DNA of 64,000 nucleotides from Candidatus Daviesbacteria bacterium (GTDB lineage Bacteria; Patescibacteriota; Microgenomatia; Daviesbacterales; UBA10151): NCBI GenBank assembly GCA_016186955.1, contig JACPKP010000003.1, positions 194,290 to 258,289 of the forward strand, read 5' to 3'. Shown piece by piece: positions 48,723 to 58,117 of this stretch (position 1 is its first letter; each line of letters starts with the position of its first letter). The notes under the pieces were generated by a model. It saw only the letters and a program-made list of their open reading frames with translations, ran no database searches and was not told where the DNA came from. The position numbers and the translations under genes were made by a program.

Positions 48723-49886
48723 ATGCTATCTATAATAATCTTTTTGCTATCCTTATCAATCCTGGTTTTAATCCATGAGTTGGGCCATTTCCTGATGGCC
48801 AAAAAATTCGGTATTAAAGTACTGGAATTTGGTTTCGGCATTCCTCCCCGGGCTTGGGGGAAGAAGATTGGCGAAACAATTGTATCTTTAAACTGGCTTC
48901 CTTTAGGAGGGTTTGTCCATCTTTTAGGTGAGGATGAGGTGGATAAGAAAGTTTTGGAAGACAAGCGCTCCTTTGCATCACAGACGGTTTCCAAAAGGAT
49001 CATAGTTGTAGCGGCTGGTGTGTTGATGAACCTGTTTCTTGCCTGGATACTTTATACAATACTTTTAGCGGCACAAAATTTTAAATATGAGATGAAACTG
49101 CCTTTTCCCTACCAGTTTGCCGGTGTTGTTCAGACAAACGAGGAGGTAGTACTGATTGGTGATGTTGCAAAAGATTCACCAGCTTTTTTGGCAGGTATCA
49201 AAAAAGGGGATAGGGTTATTGCATTAGATAATGAGGAAATTAAAAATCCCGGAGACCTGATTGCCAAAACTAAACAAAAAGCAGGCCGGGAGATTATCCT
49301 TACTTTATCAAATGAGGCAAAATCATCACAGCGGAAAATCAGTGTGACCCCCCGTAAAACACCTCCGCCAAACCAGGGGGCTTTGGGGGTTGCTATAGAT
49401 TCGTACATTTTTACGGTTTTAGAATACCGTGACCTTTGGCAAAAAATCCTGGCTGGCCCAATACAAGGGTTTAATGTTATGTCGGTGTCATTTGATACCA
49501 TAGGTAGGTTGGCTTCGGTTTCCCTGGCCCAGCGCAACCCGGGGCCGGTTTCGGAAAGCTTTGGCGGACCTGTGGCGATAGGTTATTTTTTCAACATCAT
49601 ATTAAACGAACCGGACCTGAAGTTAAAACTTTTAAGATACCTTGATATTACAGCAGGGATCTCTTTGAGCCTGGCTTTTTTCAACGTCCTGCCAATACCG
49701 GCCCTTGACGGGGGTAGGTTGTTTTTCCTGCTGATAGAGGCTGTAACCAGAAAAAAAGTTAATGCAGAGATTGAAAAAAAGATCCATGCAGTGGGGATGG
49801 TAGTGTTGTTAGCTTTGTTTGCACTGGTAACTTTTAAAGATATAAATACTTTTATTTTGCCTGAGGTTGGTAAGCTAATTCACTGA
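48723..49886 (+). CDS. rseP: RIP metalloprotease RseP (M50 with PDZ domain)
   Basis: HELGHF in first TM, PDZ region, LPIPALDGG motif; ORF from 48687, ATG 48723 more consistent with RseP N-termini. Confidence 0.85.
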   Translation: MLSIIIFLLSLSILVLIHELGHFLMAKKFGIKVLEFGFGIPPRAWGKKIGETIVSLNWLPLGGFVHLLGEDEVDKKVLEDKRSFASQTVSKRIIVVAAGVLMNLFLAWILYTILLAAQNFKYEMKLPFPYQFAGVVQTNEEVVLIGDVAKDSPAFLAGIKKGDRVIALDNEEIKNPGDLIAKTKQKAGREIILTLSNEAKSSQRKISVTPRKTPPPNQGALGVAIDSYIFTVLEYRDLWQKILAGPIQGFNVMSVSFDTIGRLASVSLAQRNPGPVSESFGGPVAIGYFFNIILNEPDLKLKLLRYLDITAGISLSLAFFNVLPIPALDGGRLFFLLIEAVTRKKVNAEIEKKIHAVGMVVLLALFALVTFKDINTFILPEVGKLIH

Positions 49887-50934
49887 GCTTTCCTTTTTCT
49901 GATAACCTGTTGATTGTATAATCAATCCAGCTTGCTATACCTTCTGGTAAGGTGTTGATTAAATTATGGCCTTGTTCTCCGGCGCTTCCGCCGATTGGTA
50001 AAAATACCACCCTTTGAGGAACCTTCTCAGGTAAAGATAATCCGGGATAAAACCGCTTAGTTATATCATGGCTTTTCATAATGGGAACCAGATCACCATT
50101 TACCCCGTCAATAATTACAACAGGACACCTTACCCGGTCAATGTCATGCCCAATATTTTTGCCGATCTCCCTTAATGTACTGGCTGCTGTTTGAGAGTCG
50201 GCCTTAAAAGTAGCAGATATAATTCTTTCCTGGGTTGGTTGGTCAGCTATTTTGAAATCTTTACTGCCAGAAACTATCGTTGCAAATAGTTTTTTGGTCA
50301 TGTGAAGCGTCTCTAAAATTCCAGGAACTGGCCCCCAGGTTGCTATTTGGGCTAGAACATAAGCCAACCGATCCATATCCTTAGGTTGGGTCATTGTGCC
50401 TTGGATTACAATAACTTGAGCGCTTTCCGGATGGCGGGCTGCCATTTTAATAGCCAGAATCCCTCCCATCGAGGAACCGAATACCACAGCTTTGTCTTTG
50501 GTTACAGCTTTTTGAAAATCTGCCAGGGCATCTGCTATTTGATCCAGAGAAATCTTACTTCCATCTAAAGGTTTTGTAGCGCCAAAACCAGGCAATTCAG
50601 GGGTTAAGATGTGATATTTACCTTGCAATCTTTGTACTTTTTGAGCTAACCCACGGGCGGTTTCGGGAGAATTTTTTGTAAGTTCCTGTAATCCTGGTGA
50701 GTCTTGAGCCTCACCAGCTAAACTTAAGGCAAGCCGTTCGTTTCCTTCTGCAGAAGAATCCAACCACCCGTGAACATTGATGATGGGTATCCCCTTCGGG
50801 TTGCCATATTCAATATACTGCCAGGTATGCCCGTTTACCTCGACAGATCTTCTGACTCCGCTAGACCGTTTCTTGGATTGTTCAGGTGAGTCTGCCGCAA
50901 TTATTTCAGTATCTATCTCACCTGTTTCAGACAT
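49852..50934 (-). CDS. alpha/beta hydrolase fold protein
   Basis: GSSMGG (GxSxG) nucleophile elbow, HGW oxyanion region. Confidence 0.7.
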   Translation of the reverse strand: MSETGEIDTEIIAADSPEQSKKRSSGVRRSVEVNGHTWQYIEYGNPKGIPIINVHGWLDSSAEGNERLALSLAGEAQDSPGLQELTKNSPETARGLAQKVQRLQGKYHILTPELPGFGATKPLDGSKISLDQIADALADFQKAVTKDKAVVFGSSMGGILAIKMAARHPESAQVIVIQGTMTQPKDMDRLAYVLAQIATWGPVPGILETLHMTKKLFATIVSGSKDFKIADQPTQERIISATFKADSQTAASTLREIGKNIGHDIDRVRCPVVIIDGVNGDLVPIMKSHDITKRFYPGLSLPEKVPQRVVFLPIGGSAGEQGHNLINTLPEGIASWIDYTINRLSEKGKLSELAYQPQAK

Positions 50935-51011
50935 ACAGTTAGTATACTACTTGAGGGTATTTTTAACATTCCCTTAAGGAGAAACTATTCAGAGTTTCCC
51001 AGAATTACTTC

Positions 51012-51077
51012 TCTGTCATCCCGGACTTGATCCGGGATCCATCTTTTTAGGATGGATTCCCGCTTTCGCGGGAATGA
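51012..51077. repeat. dual-hairpin MITE/REP-like repeat, type 1 copy (intergenic)
   Basis: tgtcatcccggacttgatccgggatcc...ggattcccgctttcgcgggaatgaca. Confidence 0.85.
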
Positions 51078-51164
51078 CACTGGGAAGAACTAACTAATTT
51101 CCTTAAGGAAAGGAATATGTTCAAAACCCTCTCAATTTAAAAGGGCTTGTGATATAATTTACTC

Positions 51165-51401
51165 ATGAAGAAGCAGTCATATATTTCATCTGACCCGGAA
51201 ATTATGGGAGGAATTCCTGTCATCGCGGGTACCAGAGTGCCGGTTTCGCAGATACTTTTTCTATTAAAATCGGGTTATGCTTTACCACAGATCCATGATA
51301 TGTACCGTCATGTTTCAGTTGCAACTTTACAAAAAGTAATTGATGAAATAGACAAAAAACTGCCTGATTTAACCAATGGCCAGGCATTTCTACAAACATA
51401 A
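51165..51401 (+). CDS. DUF433 family protein (putative antitoxin), second copy
   Basis: GGIPVIAGTRVPVSQILFLLKSGYALPQI matches DUF433. Confidence 0.6.
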   Translation: MKKQSYISSDPEIMGGIPVIAGTRVPVSQILFLLKSGYALPQIHDMYRHVSVATLQKVIDEIDKKLPDLTNGQAFLQT

Positions 51402-51732
51402 AATTCTTCTCGATGAAAATTTTTATTACCGTCATCATCTCCCAAAATTAAACCGGGCATTTGACGTTAAGCACATAGTAGATGATTTTCACCAAACTGG
51501 ATTGAAAGATCCTCAAGTTTACAAATTTGCACGAAATAGAGGTCGAATATTGGTAACATTTAATTTCGATGATTTCCGGGAACTTGCCAAAACCAGTAAT
51601 ACTATTGGTGTAGTAGGAGTATCAAATAATATACTTCCAGATGATATCGATAAAAAACTGACAGCATTATTCACAAAGAGAACCAAAAAATCGCTTTTTG
51701 GCAAACTGACTATTGTTTCTGGAGAAACTTAA
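51376..51732 (+). CDS. DUF5615 family PIN-like protein (putative toxin), second copy
   Basis: LDENFYYR N-terminal region; overlaps DUF433 gene. Confidence 0.5.
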   Translation: MARHFYKHKILLDENFYYRHHLPKLNRAFDVKHIVDDFHQTGLKDPQVYKFARNRGRILVTFNFDDFRELAKTSNTIGVVGVSNNILPDDIDKKLTALFTKRTKKSLFGKLTIVSGET

Positions 51733-51758
51733 AATTTGAACGGGAGGTTTTTTAAAAG

Positions 51759-52181
51759 GTGTGTTCAATTATGAAAAATGTTTTTTACAGCGGTGGTTTT
51801 CTTTATAACCCTGTTCCAAAAAAAATCCTTCTGCATAAACGGGATGATAAAACCCAAAATAATCCAAACTGTTGGGCCTTTTTTGGTGGGTTAAATGAGA
51901 AAAATGAGGTACCTCTTGAGACTTTTCAAAGGGAAGTAAAAGAAGAATTGGGGATTAAACTGAACCTGAGCTCTATTTATCAATTAACTGATTATTTTAA
52001 TCCTGATTTTAGTACACATAGACATGTTTTTTATGCTTACACAAAAGAAGTAAATAATATTCAACTAAATGAAGGGGCAGGCTATGGTTGGTTTACTTTA
52101 GATGAAGCTCTAAAATTGGATTTAACGAAACGAACGAGACAAGATCTGCTTTTCTTTTTAAAGTTAAAGCGGAAAGAGTAA
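51759..52181 (+). CDS. NUDIX hydrolase
   Basis: Nudix box GGLNEKNEVPLETFQREVKEELG. Confidence 0.8.
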   Translation: MCSIMKNVFYSGGFLYNPVPKKILLHKRDDKTQNNPNCWAFFGGLNEKNEVPLETFQREVKEELGIKLNLSSIYQLTDYFNPDFSTHRHVFYAYTKEVNNIQLNEGAGYGWFTLDEALKLDLTKRTRQDLLFFLKLKRKE

Positions 52182-52246
52182 CTTATTGAGCTTCCCAACA
52201 AAAAAAATTGATTCTGTTGCATTTATAGTATAAACTTACAAGCGTA

Positions 52247-52747
52247 ATGATAAAAGAACAAGAACAAACATCAAGTAATCCTACAGAAGCTCGTAAATGG
52301 CTTAGGGCGAATAATTCAAATTTTGCTACTAACAGATTTAACGAAACAGTTCATGAAATCAACATGGAAGCAAACCCCTTGATATTTGTACAAAACTTAT
52401 ACGCTGCAGGTGCAGTGGAAGTTTTAGTGGATAAAATTAACGATGAGCCAGAACGTATTATGGATGAGGGTTATCCATATGCTGAGTCTTTAGTTGTAAA
52501 ACTTCCACCAGACCCAGATAAAAGAAAGAAATTATTTGATATCTTTAGAGAGGAAGCATTTTTTGAAAGTACGGTTTATGAGGCCCACTTACTTGAAGAG
52601 GTGAAAAGTTTACCCAAAGACCAGCAAAAGGAACAATTAGATAAAATAGAGGAATCGCGGGAAGAAATGGAAGATAACTTTGCAGAGCAGCCATGGGCTG
52701 ATTACCATGACCATGGTCAGGATATGGTTACCCTTTGGTGGGATTAG
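52247..52747 (+). CDS. hypothetical acidic protein
   Basis: 166 aa ORF. Confidence 0.4.
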   Translation: MIKEQEQTSSNPTEARKWLRANNSNFATNRFNETVHEINMEANPLIFVQNLYAAGAVEVLVDKINDEPERIMDEGYPYAESLVVKLPPDPDKRKKLFDIFREEAFFESTVYEAHLLEEVKSLPKDQQKEQLDKIEESREEMEDNFAEQPWADYHDHGQDMVTLWWD

Positions 52748-53359
52748 GTAGAGTAGTTTCAAAAATTTGTTTATTATTGAACCAGAACACCTCGTAGCTC
52801 TGCTGCGGGGATGAATGGTTCGATAAGAACTTTCCCGAAGGGATACTTCGCAGTTTACCTTTGCGAAACAAAGGCAAGCTTTGCTTACTGCGGAATAGTT
52901 CATTCTGTGGAGTTTGCAGGTTCAGGTGTTCCAGAATTAGATCTTCCTACGAAATTTGTGGAACCGACGGGAATAAATAAGTTTGCCTCCTTCGGAGGTC
53001 GAACAGCTCAGCACTAAATGCTGAGCGGATCAATTTCCTTGCTAGTCTCAAAATCAAAAAAGACCCACACAAGATGGATCATTTTTTGTTTGTGGGCTTG
53101 AGGGTTCAAATCCGGAACACCTATTGTATTTGAAAATATGTTGTGCTAATCTTCCGGCATGGTAAACCTGGAACAGGAACTCAAGCAGTCTTATGAAATG
53201 ATTCGTGAGCGGTTTAATGTTAAATTTGACTTGCCCAAACTGATTTTAGGGGATCCATATAAGATGGGGCACATAACTATCAGGGGGCTGCACGATTTAG
53301 GAAAAAGGCCACCTATGGCGGTATTTAGGGACAAAACTTACGCCATTGAAGCGCCGGGG

Positions 53360-54140
53360 TAGCTTCCCACCCTCCAGGTGGGTTAGCTTGACACCTACTC
53401 TTTTTTAAAGTATGATCCTATCCCAATGGCTACCAATAGAAAAATAGTATTTGCGAATGAAGGAATTTATCATGTGTTTAATAGAGGTTTGGATAGAAGA
53501 CCTACATTTACTAATAAATGGGAATTTGATAGGGCCAAGAAACTGGTAAAATTTTATAGGCATAAAGATATCCCAATCAGATTTTCTAAATTAATTCAAC
53601 AACCTGAAGATATCAGGAACAAAATCTTGGAAGATTTATATAAGAGCGATAGGTTAGTTGATATCCTGAGTTTTTGTTTAATGCCAAACCATTTTCATTT
53701 TCTTTTAAAACAGAATGTTGACAAAGGCATAGCAACTTTTGTTGCTAATTTTACAAACGCATATACGAAGTATTTTAATACTAGAAATACAAGAATCGGC
53801 CCGTTATTTCAGGGAATATTTAAAGCAGTCTTAGTAGAAAATGACGAACAATTAGTTCATGTATCCCGCTATATTCACTTAAATCCAGTAGTTTCAAGTA
53901 TCATAGAAACAGATGAATTAAAAAATTATCCATGGTCTTCCTATCCGGAGTATCTTTCTCAATCTGATGATGAAATAGCAGGGAAAGCATTGGTTTTAAA
54001 TATGTTTAAATCTCCAAAAGAATACCAAAAGTTTGTTTTAGACCAGATAGATTATGGAAAGAAGTTGGAAGCAATAAAACATCTAATTATGGAATAAAAA
54101 GAGAGGGTGGGAAGCTAATACACCTTCCAGGTGTACTAGG
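53360..54140 (+). mobile_element. IS200/RAYT-like unit: Y1 (HUH) transposase flanked by inverted REP-like hairpins
   Basis: tagcttcccaccctccaggtggg (53360-53389) upstream and its inverse agagggtgggaagcta...caccttccaggtgta (54098-54140) downstream of tnpA-like gene. Confidence 0.6.
53426..54097 (+). CDS. IS200-like / REP-associated tyrosine transposase (Y1 HUH transposase)
   Basis: HUH motif PNHFHFLL, catalytic Tyr region SRYIHLNPV, N-terminal GIYHVFNRG. Confidence 0.75.
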   Translation: MATNRKIVFANEGIYHVFNRGLDRRPTFTNKWEFDRAKKLVKFYRHKDIPIRFSKLIQQPEDIRNKILEDLYKSDRLVDILSFCLMPNHFHFLLKQNVDKGIATFVANFTNAYTKYFNTRNTRIGPLFQGIFKAVLVENDEQLVHVSRYIHLNPVVSSIIETDELKNYPWSSYPEYLSQSDDEIAGKALVLNMFKSPKEYQKFVLDQIDYGKKLEAIKHLIME

Positions 54141-54150
54141 CGCAAAAATT

Positions 54151-54606
54151 ATGGAATTTGAAGATCATGATAATTTGCAAAATTTAGTCAGATATAAATT
54201 TGATAAACTCCCTGAGCAAGGATTTGATCTGTCTATGCTGCATAATATTGATACCTATAACCTTGTTCGTAATGAAAACAGGATACCTTTTTATCAAAGG
54301 TTAAGATCGCTTTTACCTGAAAATTTTTCGGTATATTACCCAGGGAGTGGAGCGGATCCTGTTCCAGCAATAGTATTTGAATCCCGGATTATTTATGGGT
54401 CTTTGCAGGAATCAGATTATTTCGGATTCTTAAGGGGTACAGCAGTTTGCACCGGGCTTTGTTACTCAGAAGTTATCAAAAAATATGGACCATTTGGTAA
54501 CCTAAAAATGATTTATGCTGACTTATTTAACCCTCCTTTCAAAGACAAACAATTTGATTTGGTGATAGTTGATTCACCCCTACAAATGTTAGAAAAAAAG
54601 GGTTAA
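54151..54606 (+). CDS. hypothetical protein (between REP copies)
   Basis: 151 aa ORF. Confidence 0.35.
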   Translation: MEFEDHDNLQNLVRYKFDKLPEQGFDLSMLHNIDTYNLVRNENRIPFYQRLRSLLPENFSVYYPGSGADPVPAIVFESRIIYGSLQESDYFGFLRGTAVCTGLCYSEVIKKYGPFGNLKMIYADLFNPPFKDKQFDLVIVDSPLQMLEKKG

Positions 54607-54626
54607 TTGAGGAACAGTATAGAATT

Positions 54627-54965
54627 TTGAAAAATAGTGGATTGCTGGTTATTGATAGAATACAAATTGAAGTGGACAGTAAAGGCAATCTTATTGATTG
54701 CAGTTATGACCCGATTGAAAAAAGATTAATTAAGTTTGGTTTTGAGTTGAACAGTATTATTATTTCTGATCCTCTTAGCCTGACATATCTCATTGGGGAT
54801 CCTCCAGATGGTATAAATGAAGGTAAGCAATATGCTACAAGCAGTTTGGGTGGATGGCTGGTTAATAAAAGCGAATTTGCCGATGCTAACCTCAAAAGTA
54901 AAATATGCAGAATATTTGCAGTTGAATCTATGCTATTTAAAAAATCCAACTGTCCCCAATATTAA
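54627..54965 (+). CDS. hypothetical protein (between REP copies)
   Basis: 112 aa ORF. Confidence 0.35.
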   Translation: MKNSGLLVIDRIQIEVDSKGNLIDCSYDPIEKRLIKFGFELNSIIISDPLSLTYLIGDPPDGINEGKQYATSSLGGWLVNKSEFADANLKSKICRIFAVESMLFKKSNCPQY

Positions 54966-54980
54966 AAGATCAATTATCAA

Positions 54981-55075
54981 AAAAGAGAGGGTGGGAAGCC
55001 CATGAACCACTAGGGATTCAGGGCCATGCACTCTTCGTAGTGCATGGCTAATACACTTGGAGGGTGTACCACGTC
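54981..55075. repeat. third REP-like copy (agagggtgggaagc + hairpins ccatgcact-cttcgt-agtgcatgg, tacact..gtgta)
   Basis: 19-nt identity aaaagagagggtgggaagc with 54098 copy. Confidence 0.7.
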
Positions 55076-55140
55076 CACAAGAGTAGTGGCAGACAAGGCT
55101 ATAATTTGCAAATTCCCCTTTATTTAGACATAATTTACTC

Positions 55141-56133
55141 ATGTTTGAATGTGTCCCCACTGTATCTGAGTTGATTTCCCAACGGCTTCAGCAAAAAAGC
55201 CAACCTGGTTTTAGAACTGATGGTTTTAAACTTGGATTGGTTTTGGAAAGTGGTGGGATGAGAGGGGTGGTAGTTGGAGGAGAAGTAACCGGTTTGCAGG
55301 CTTTAGGGGTTGATCAAGCCATAGATAGTATCTATACAGTATCTTGTGGGAGTTGTGCTGGTTACTATTTAGTTTCCGGGCAAGGTCCTGAAGGAACTTC
55401 AATTTACTATAACCAAATAAATAATAGAGATTTTATAGATTTAAGAAGGCTTACAGAGCGAAAAGCGATTGATATCGCCTTTTTAACCTATGTGGTGATG
55501 ATGAGGAGAATACCCTTAGATACTTCTAGAGTTTTACAATCAACTATACCTGTTAATGTTTATGTAACAGACGCCGAAGACCCTCAACCTGTTTTATTGC
55601 CCAGTCCTAAAGATAGGCTTGATGTTCATGATGCCCAATATATAACTTGTAGGGTTCCTAGTTTAGCCGGACTACCAATTGAATACTTTGGTAAGGATTT
55701 GACTGATGGAGGAGTTATGACTGGGGGATTGCCAGTTCAGCAGGCGGTTGAGGACGGATGTTCTCATTTGTTAGTGGCTAGATCACGGGATGAGGCTAAG
55801 GTATCCAAAACTGAGCTTTTAGTTGACCGCTTATTGATTTTAGCAATTGCAGTTGATTTAGAGATTAATGGTTATCTAAAATTAGGGCAAGCATTGCTGG
55901 GAGTTGGGCAAAGATTAAAAGAGAATTTAAACTTAATTAAAAAGTTGCAATCAGACTCTAGTTTTCAGGTTCAAGTAGAGGTGATTGACTTAGGGACGAG
56001 TTTCCGAAATATAAATATGATAGAGACTGCCGGTAAAAGATTACGTCAAGGCGCTTTAGATGGTTTTCAGGCAACCATTAATCATTTTCGGAGATTGAAC
56101 TTACCAATTAATCCAGCTGTAAAAATCATTTAA
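55141..56133 (+). CDS. patatin-like phospholipase
   Basis: GGMRG oxyanion motif, Ser nucleophile region VSCGSCAG, DGG catalytic Asp motif (LTDGGV). Confidence 0.7.
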   Translation: MFECVPTVSELISQRLQQKSQPGFRTDGFKLGLVLESGGMRGVVVGGEVTGLQALGVDQAIDSIYTVSCGSCAGYYLVSGQGPEGTSIYYNQINNRDFIDLRRLTERKAIDIAFLTYVVMMRRIPLDTSRVLQSTIPVNVYVTDAEDPQPVLLPSPKDRLDVHDAQYITCRVPSLAGLPIEYFGKDLTDGGVMTGGLPVQQAVEDGCSHLLVARSRDEAKVSKTELLVDRLLILAIAVDLEINGYLKLGQALLGVGQRLKENLNLIKKLQSDSSFQVQVEVIDLGTSFRNINMIETAGKRLRQGALDGFQATINHFRRLNLPINPAVKII

Positions 56134-56145
56134 TCAGTCCTATAG

Positions 56146-56173
56146 TTGACAACGGAATTTTTTGTGGTATACT
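56146..56173 (+). promoter_or_regulatory. near-consensus sigma70-type promoter TTGACA-16-TATACT
   Basis: TTGACA 56146-56151, TATACT 56168-56173. Confidence 0.6.
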
Positions 56174-56179
56174 TTAGAT

Positions 56180-56397
56180 AATTAAATAAAAGCATTTGAG
56201 TTTGGTTTCCCGCCAAACAAGTTGCATACGAAAAGTATGATGGGAGCTAACCATAAAAGTATTGCAAAGTGTGTCATTGCAAAAATGGAGCACTAATAAG
56301 TCACATTTATGTAAATCCAATGTGAGATGCAAGGTGGTACCGCCAGAAAATGGCCCTTGTTTGTTTATCAAATTTTGATAAGCAAGCAAGGGTTTTT
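56180..56397 (+). promoter_or_regulatory. T-box riboswitch leader (probable tRNA-Pro sensing) with terminator
   Basis: conserved T-box sequence AAGGTGGTACCGCC at 56331-56344 overlapping terminator stem cccttg...caaggg + TTTTTTT (56354-56397); upstream of proS. Confidence 0.65.
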
Positions 56398-56414
56398 TTA
56401 GTCCTTAAAAGGGG

Positions 56415-56597
56415 GTGAGAAAAATGACAGAATCATTAGAAAAGCAAGAGTACAAACAAGAGATGGAAAGAGAATCTTATCTTAGCGATGAAGAAAAAAG
56501 GAAGATTCGACAAGAAGTTGAGGATTTTTGGTTTGGAAGGATGAAAAGAAAATGTGGGCGAAAAGGACACGCATGTATGGATTGTATAGCGCCTTAA
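56415..56597 (+). CDS. hypothetical small protein with C-terminal Cys/His cluster
   Basis: 60 aa ORF with strong SD (aagggggtga) 7 nt upstream; between T-box terminator and proS. Confidence 0.35.
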   Translation: MRKMTESLEKQEYKQEMERESYLSDEEKRKIRQEVEDFWFGRMKRKCGRKGHACMDCIAP

Positions 56598-56664
56598 TTT
56601 TCAAGGCCGGGGAGAGCGTGTACATGCTCAAACCGGCCATAAAAGATTCTGCTATAATTGTAAA

Positions 56665-58101
56665 ATGGGGCAGGTTAAAAGTATTACTAAAAAATCAGAG
56701 GATATTTCTGCCTGGTATAACGATGTGATCGCCAGGGCTAAGTTGGCAGAACATGGTCCTGTCAGAGGCACCATGATTTTCAGGCTCCTGGGGTTTGCAC
56801 TTTGGGAAGCAATCCAGAAAACCTTGGATACCAAAATTAAGGATCTGGGCGCCCAAAACGCCTATTTTCCCCTGTTTATTCCTCTAAGTTTCCTGCAAAA
56901 AGAACAATCCCATGTTAAAGGTTTTTCCCCGGAGCTGGCTGTGGTGACTCATGGAGGCGGGGAAAAATTAACAGAGCCCGTGGTGGTGCGCCCGACCTCT
57001 GAAACCATCATGTATGATGCATTTTCCCGTTGGATAGAGTCTTTCAGGGATCTGCCTCTGGTAATAAACCAGTGGAGTAATGTGGTCAGATGGGAAAAAA
57101 GGCCGTATATGTTTTTGCGCACCACTGAGTTTTTGTGGCAGGAAGGGCATAGCGCCCATGCTACAAACGAAGATGCTCAAAAAATGGCTGATGGCGCTTT
57201 AAAGATGTATGTTGACTTTTATCAGAATACCCTGGCTCTTTACGGGTATGCCGGTAAAAAATCAGAGACGGAAAAATTTCCCGGGGCTGATACAACGCTC
57301 ACCTATGAAATTTTAGCGCCTGACGGCAAGGTGATTCAAGCCTGCACGTCGCACAATTTAGGCCAAAATTTTGCCAAAGTGTTTAAAGTTGAATTTCAAA
57401 ACGAGCAGGGGGAAAAGAAACTGGTCTGGCAGACCTCATGGGGTTTGACAACAAGATCTATTGGGGCGGTGATCTTAGCCCATGGTGATGATAACGGTTT
57501 GGTTTTGCCTCCTCAAATTGCGCCTTTGCAGGTAGTTATTATTCCTATTATCAGTAAGGGCGTTGACAAAGATGCTATTTTAAAAATGGCCGGCCAGGCT
57601 TTCGGTATTTTGGAAGGCAATAATATCAAGGTTAAGATGGATGACAATGATCAATCTCCGGGTTGGAAATTTAACCAATATGAGCTTGAGGGTGTGCCGC
57701 TTCGTATCGAGATAGGTTCCACAGAACTCAAAGATAAAAGTTTTAGGGTAGTGAGGCGCGATAACAAAGATAGCTTCAGTTTTAAACTGGAAACCATAGG
57801 TTTTGAAATTCAACAGCTTCTTTCAACAATGCAAAAAGATTTGCTGGCGAAACACAAAGATTTTACGCTGGAAAATACCAGACAGGCAGATACCTATGAG
57901 GATTTCAAAAAAATCATGAGCGCTACTAAAGGTTTTATAGAAGCGTTCTGGTGTGAGGATGCAAGTTGTGAGGAAAAGATAAAATCAGAGACCAAAGCTT
58001 CTACCCGCTGTTTCCCCCTTGATGGAATAAAAGTTGAGGGGAAATGTATTGTATGTGGTAAAAAATCCACCCGCCGTTGGCTCTTCGCCCAGTCATATTA
58101 A
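56665..58101 (+). CDS. proS: prolyl-tRNA synthetase (archaeal/eukaryotic-type class II)
   Basis: ISAWYNDVI N-terminus, RPTSETIMYDAFSRWIESFRDLPL motif 2 region, class II core, C-terminal zinc-binding domain. Confidence 0.9.
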   Translation: MGQVKSITKKSEDISAWYNDVIARAKLAEHGPVRGTMIFRLLGFALWEAIQKTLDTKIKDLGAQNAYFPLFIPLSFLQKEQSHVKGFSPELAVVTHGGGEKLTEPVVVRPTSETIMYDAFSRWIESFRDLPLVINQWSNVVRWEKRPYMFLRTTEFLWQEGHSAHATNEDAQKMADGALKMYVDFYQNTLALYGYAGKKSETEKFPGADTTLTYEILAPDGKVIQACTSHNLGQNFAKVFKVEFQNEQGEKKLVWQTSWGLTTRSIGAVILAHGDDNGLVLPPQIAPLQVVIIPIISKGVDKDAILKMAGQAFGILEGNNIKVKMDDNDQSPGWKFNQYELEGVPLRIEIGSTELKDKSFRVVRRDNKDSFSFKLETIGFEIQQLLSTMQKDLLAKHKDFTLENTRQADTYEDFKKIMSATKGFIEAFWCEDASCEEKIKSETKASTRCFPLDGIKVEGKCIVCGKKSTRRWLFAQSY

Positions 58102-58117
58102 GTCTTGTATTATTAAA

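Noticed and set aside
53093-53122. Possible tRNA (GGTTCAAATCC T-arm-like string)
   Set aside because: No acceptor, D or anticodon stems can be built around it, and the putative T-stem does not pair. Treated as chance similarity inside a structured non-coding region.
52750-53160. RNase P RNA or tmRNA
   Set aside because: Lacks the universal P4 strands (GGAAAGTCCGG / ACAGAACCCGGCTTA) of RNase P and the GGGG...tag-peptide...ACCA features of tmRNA.
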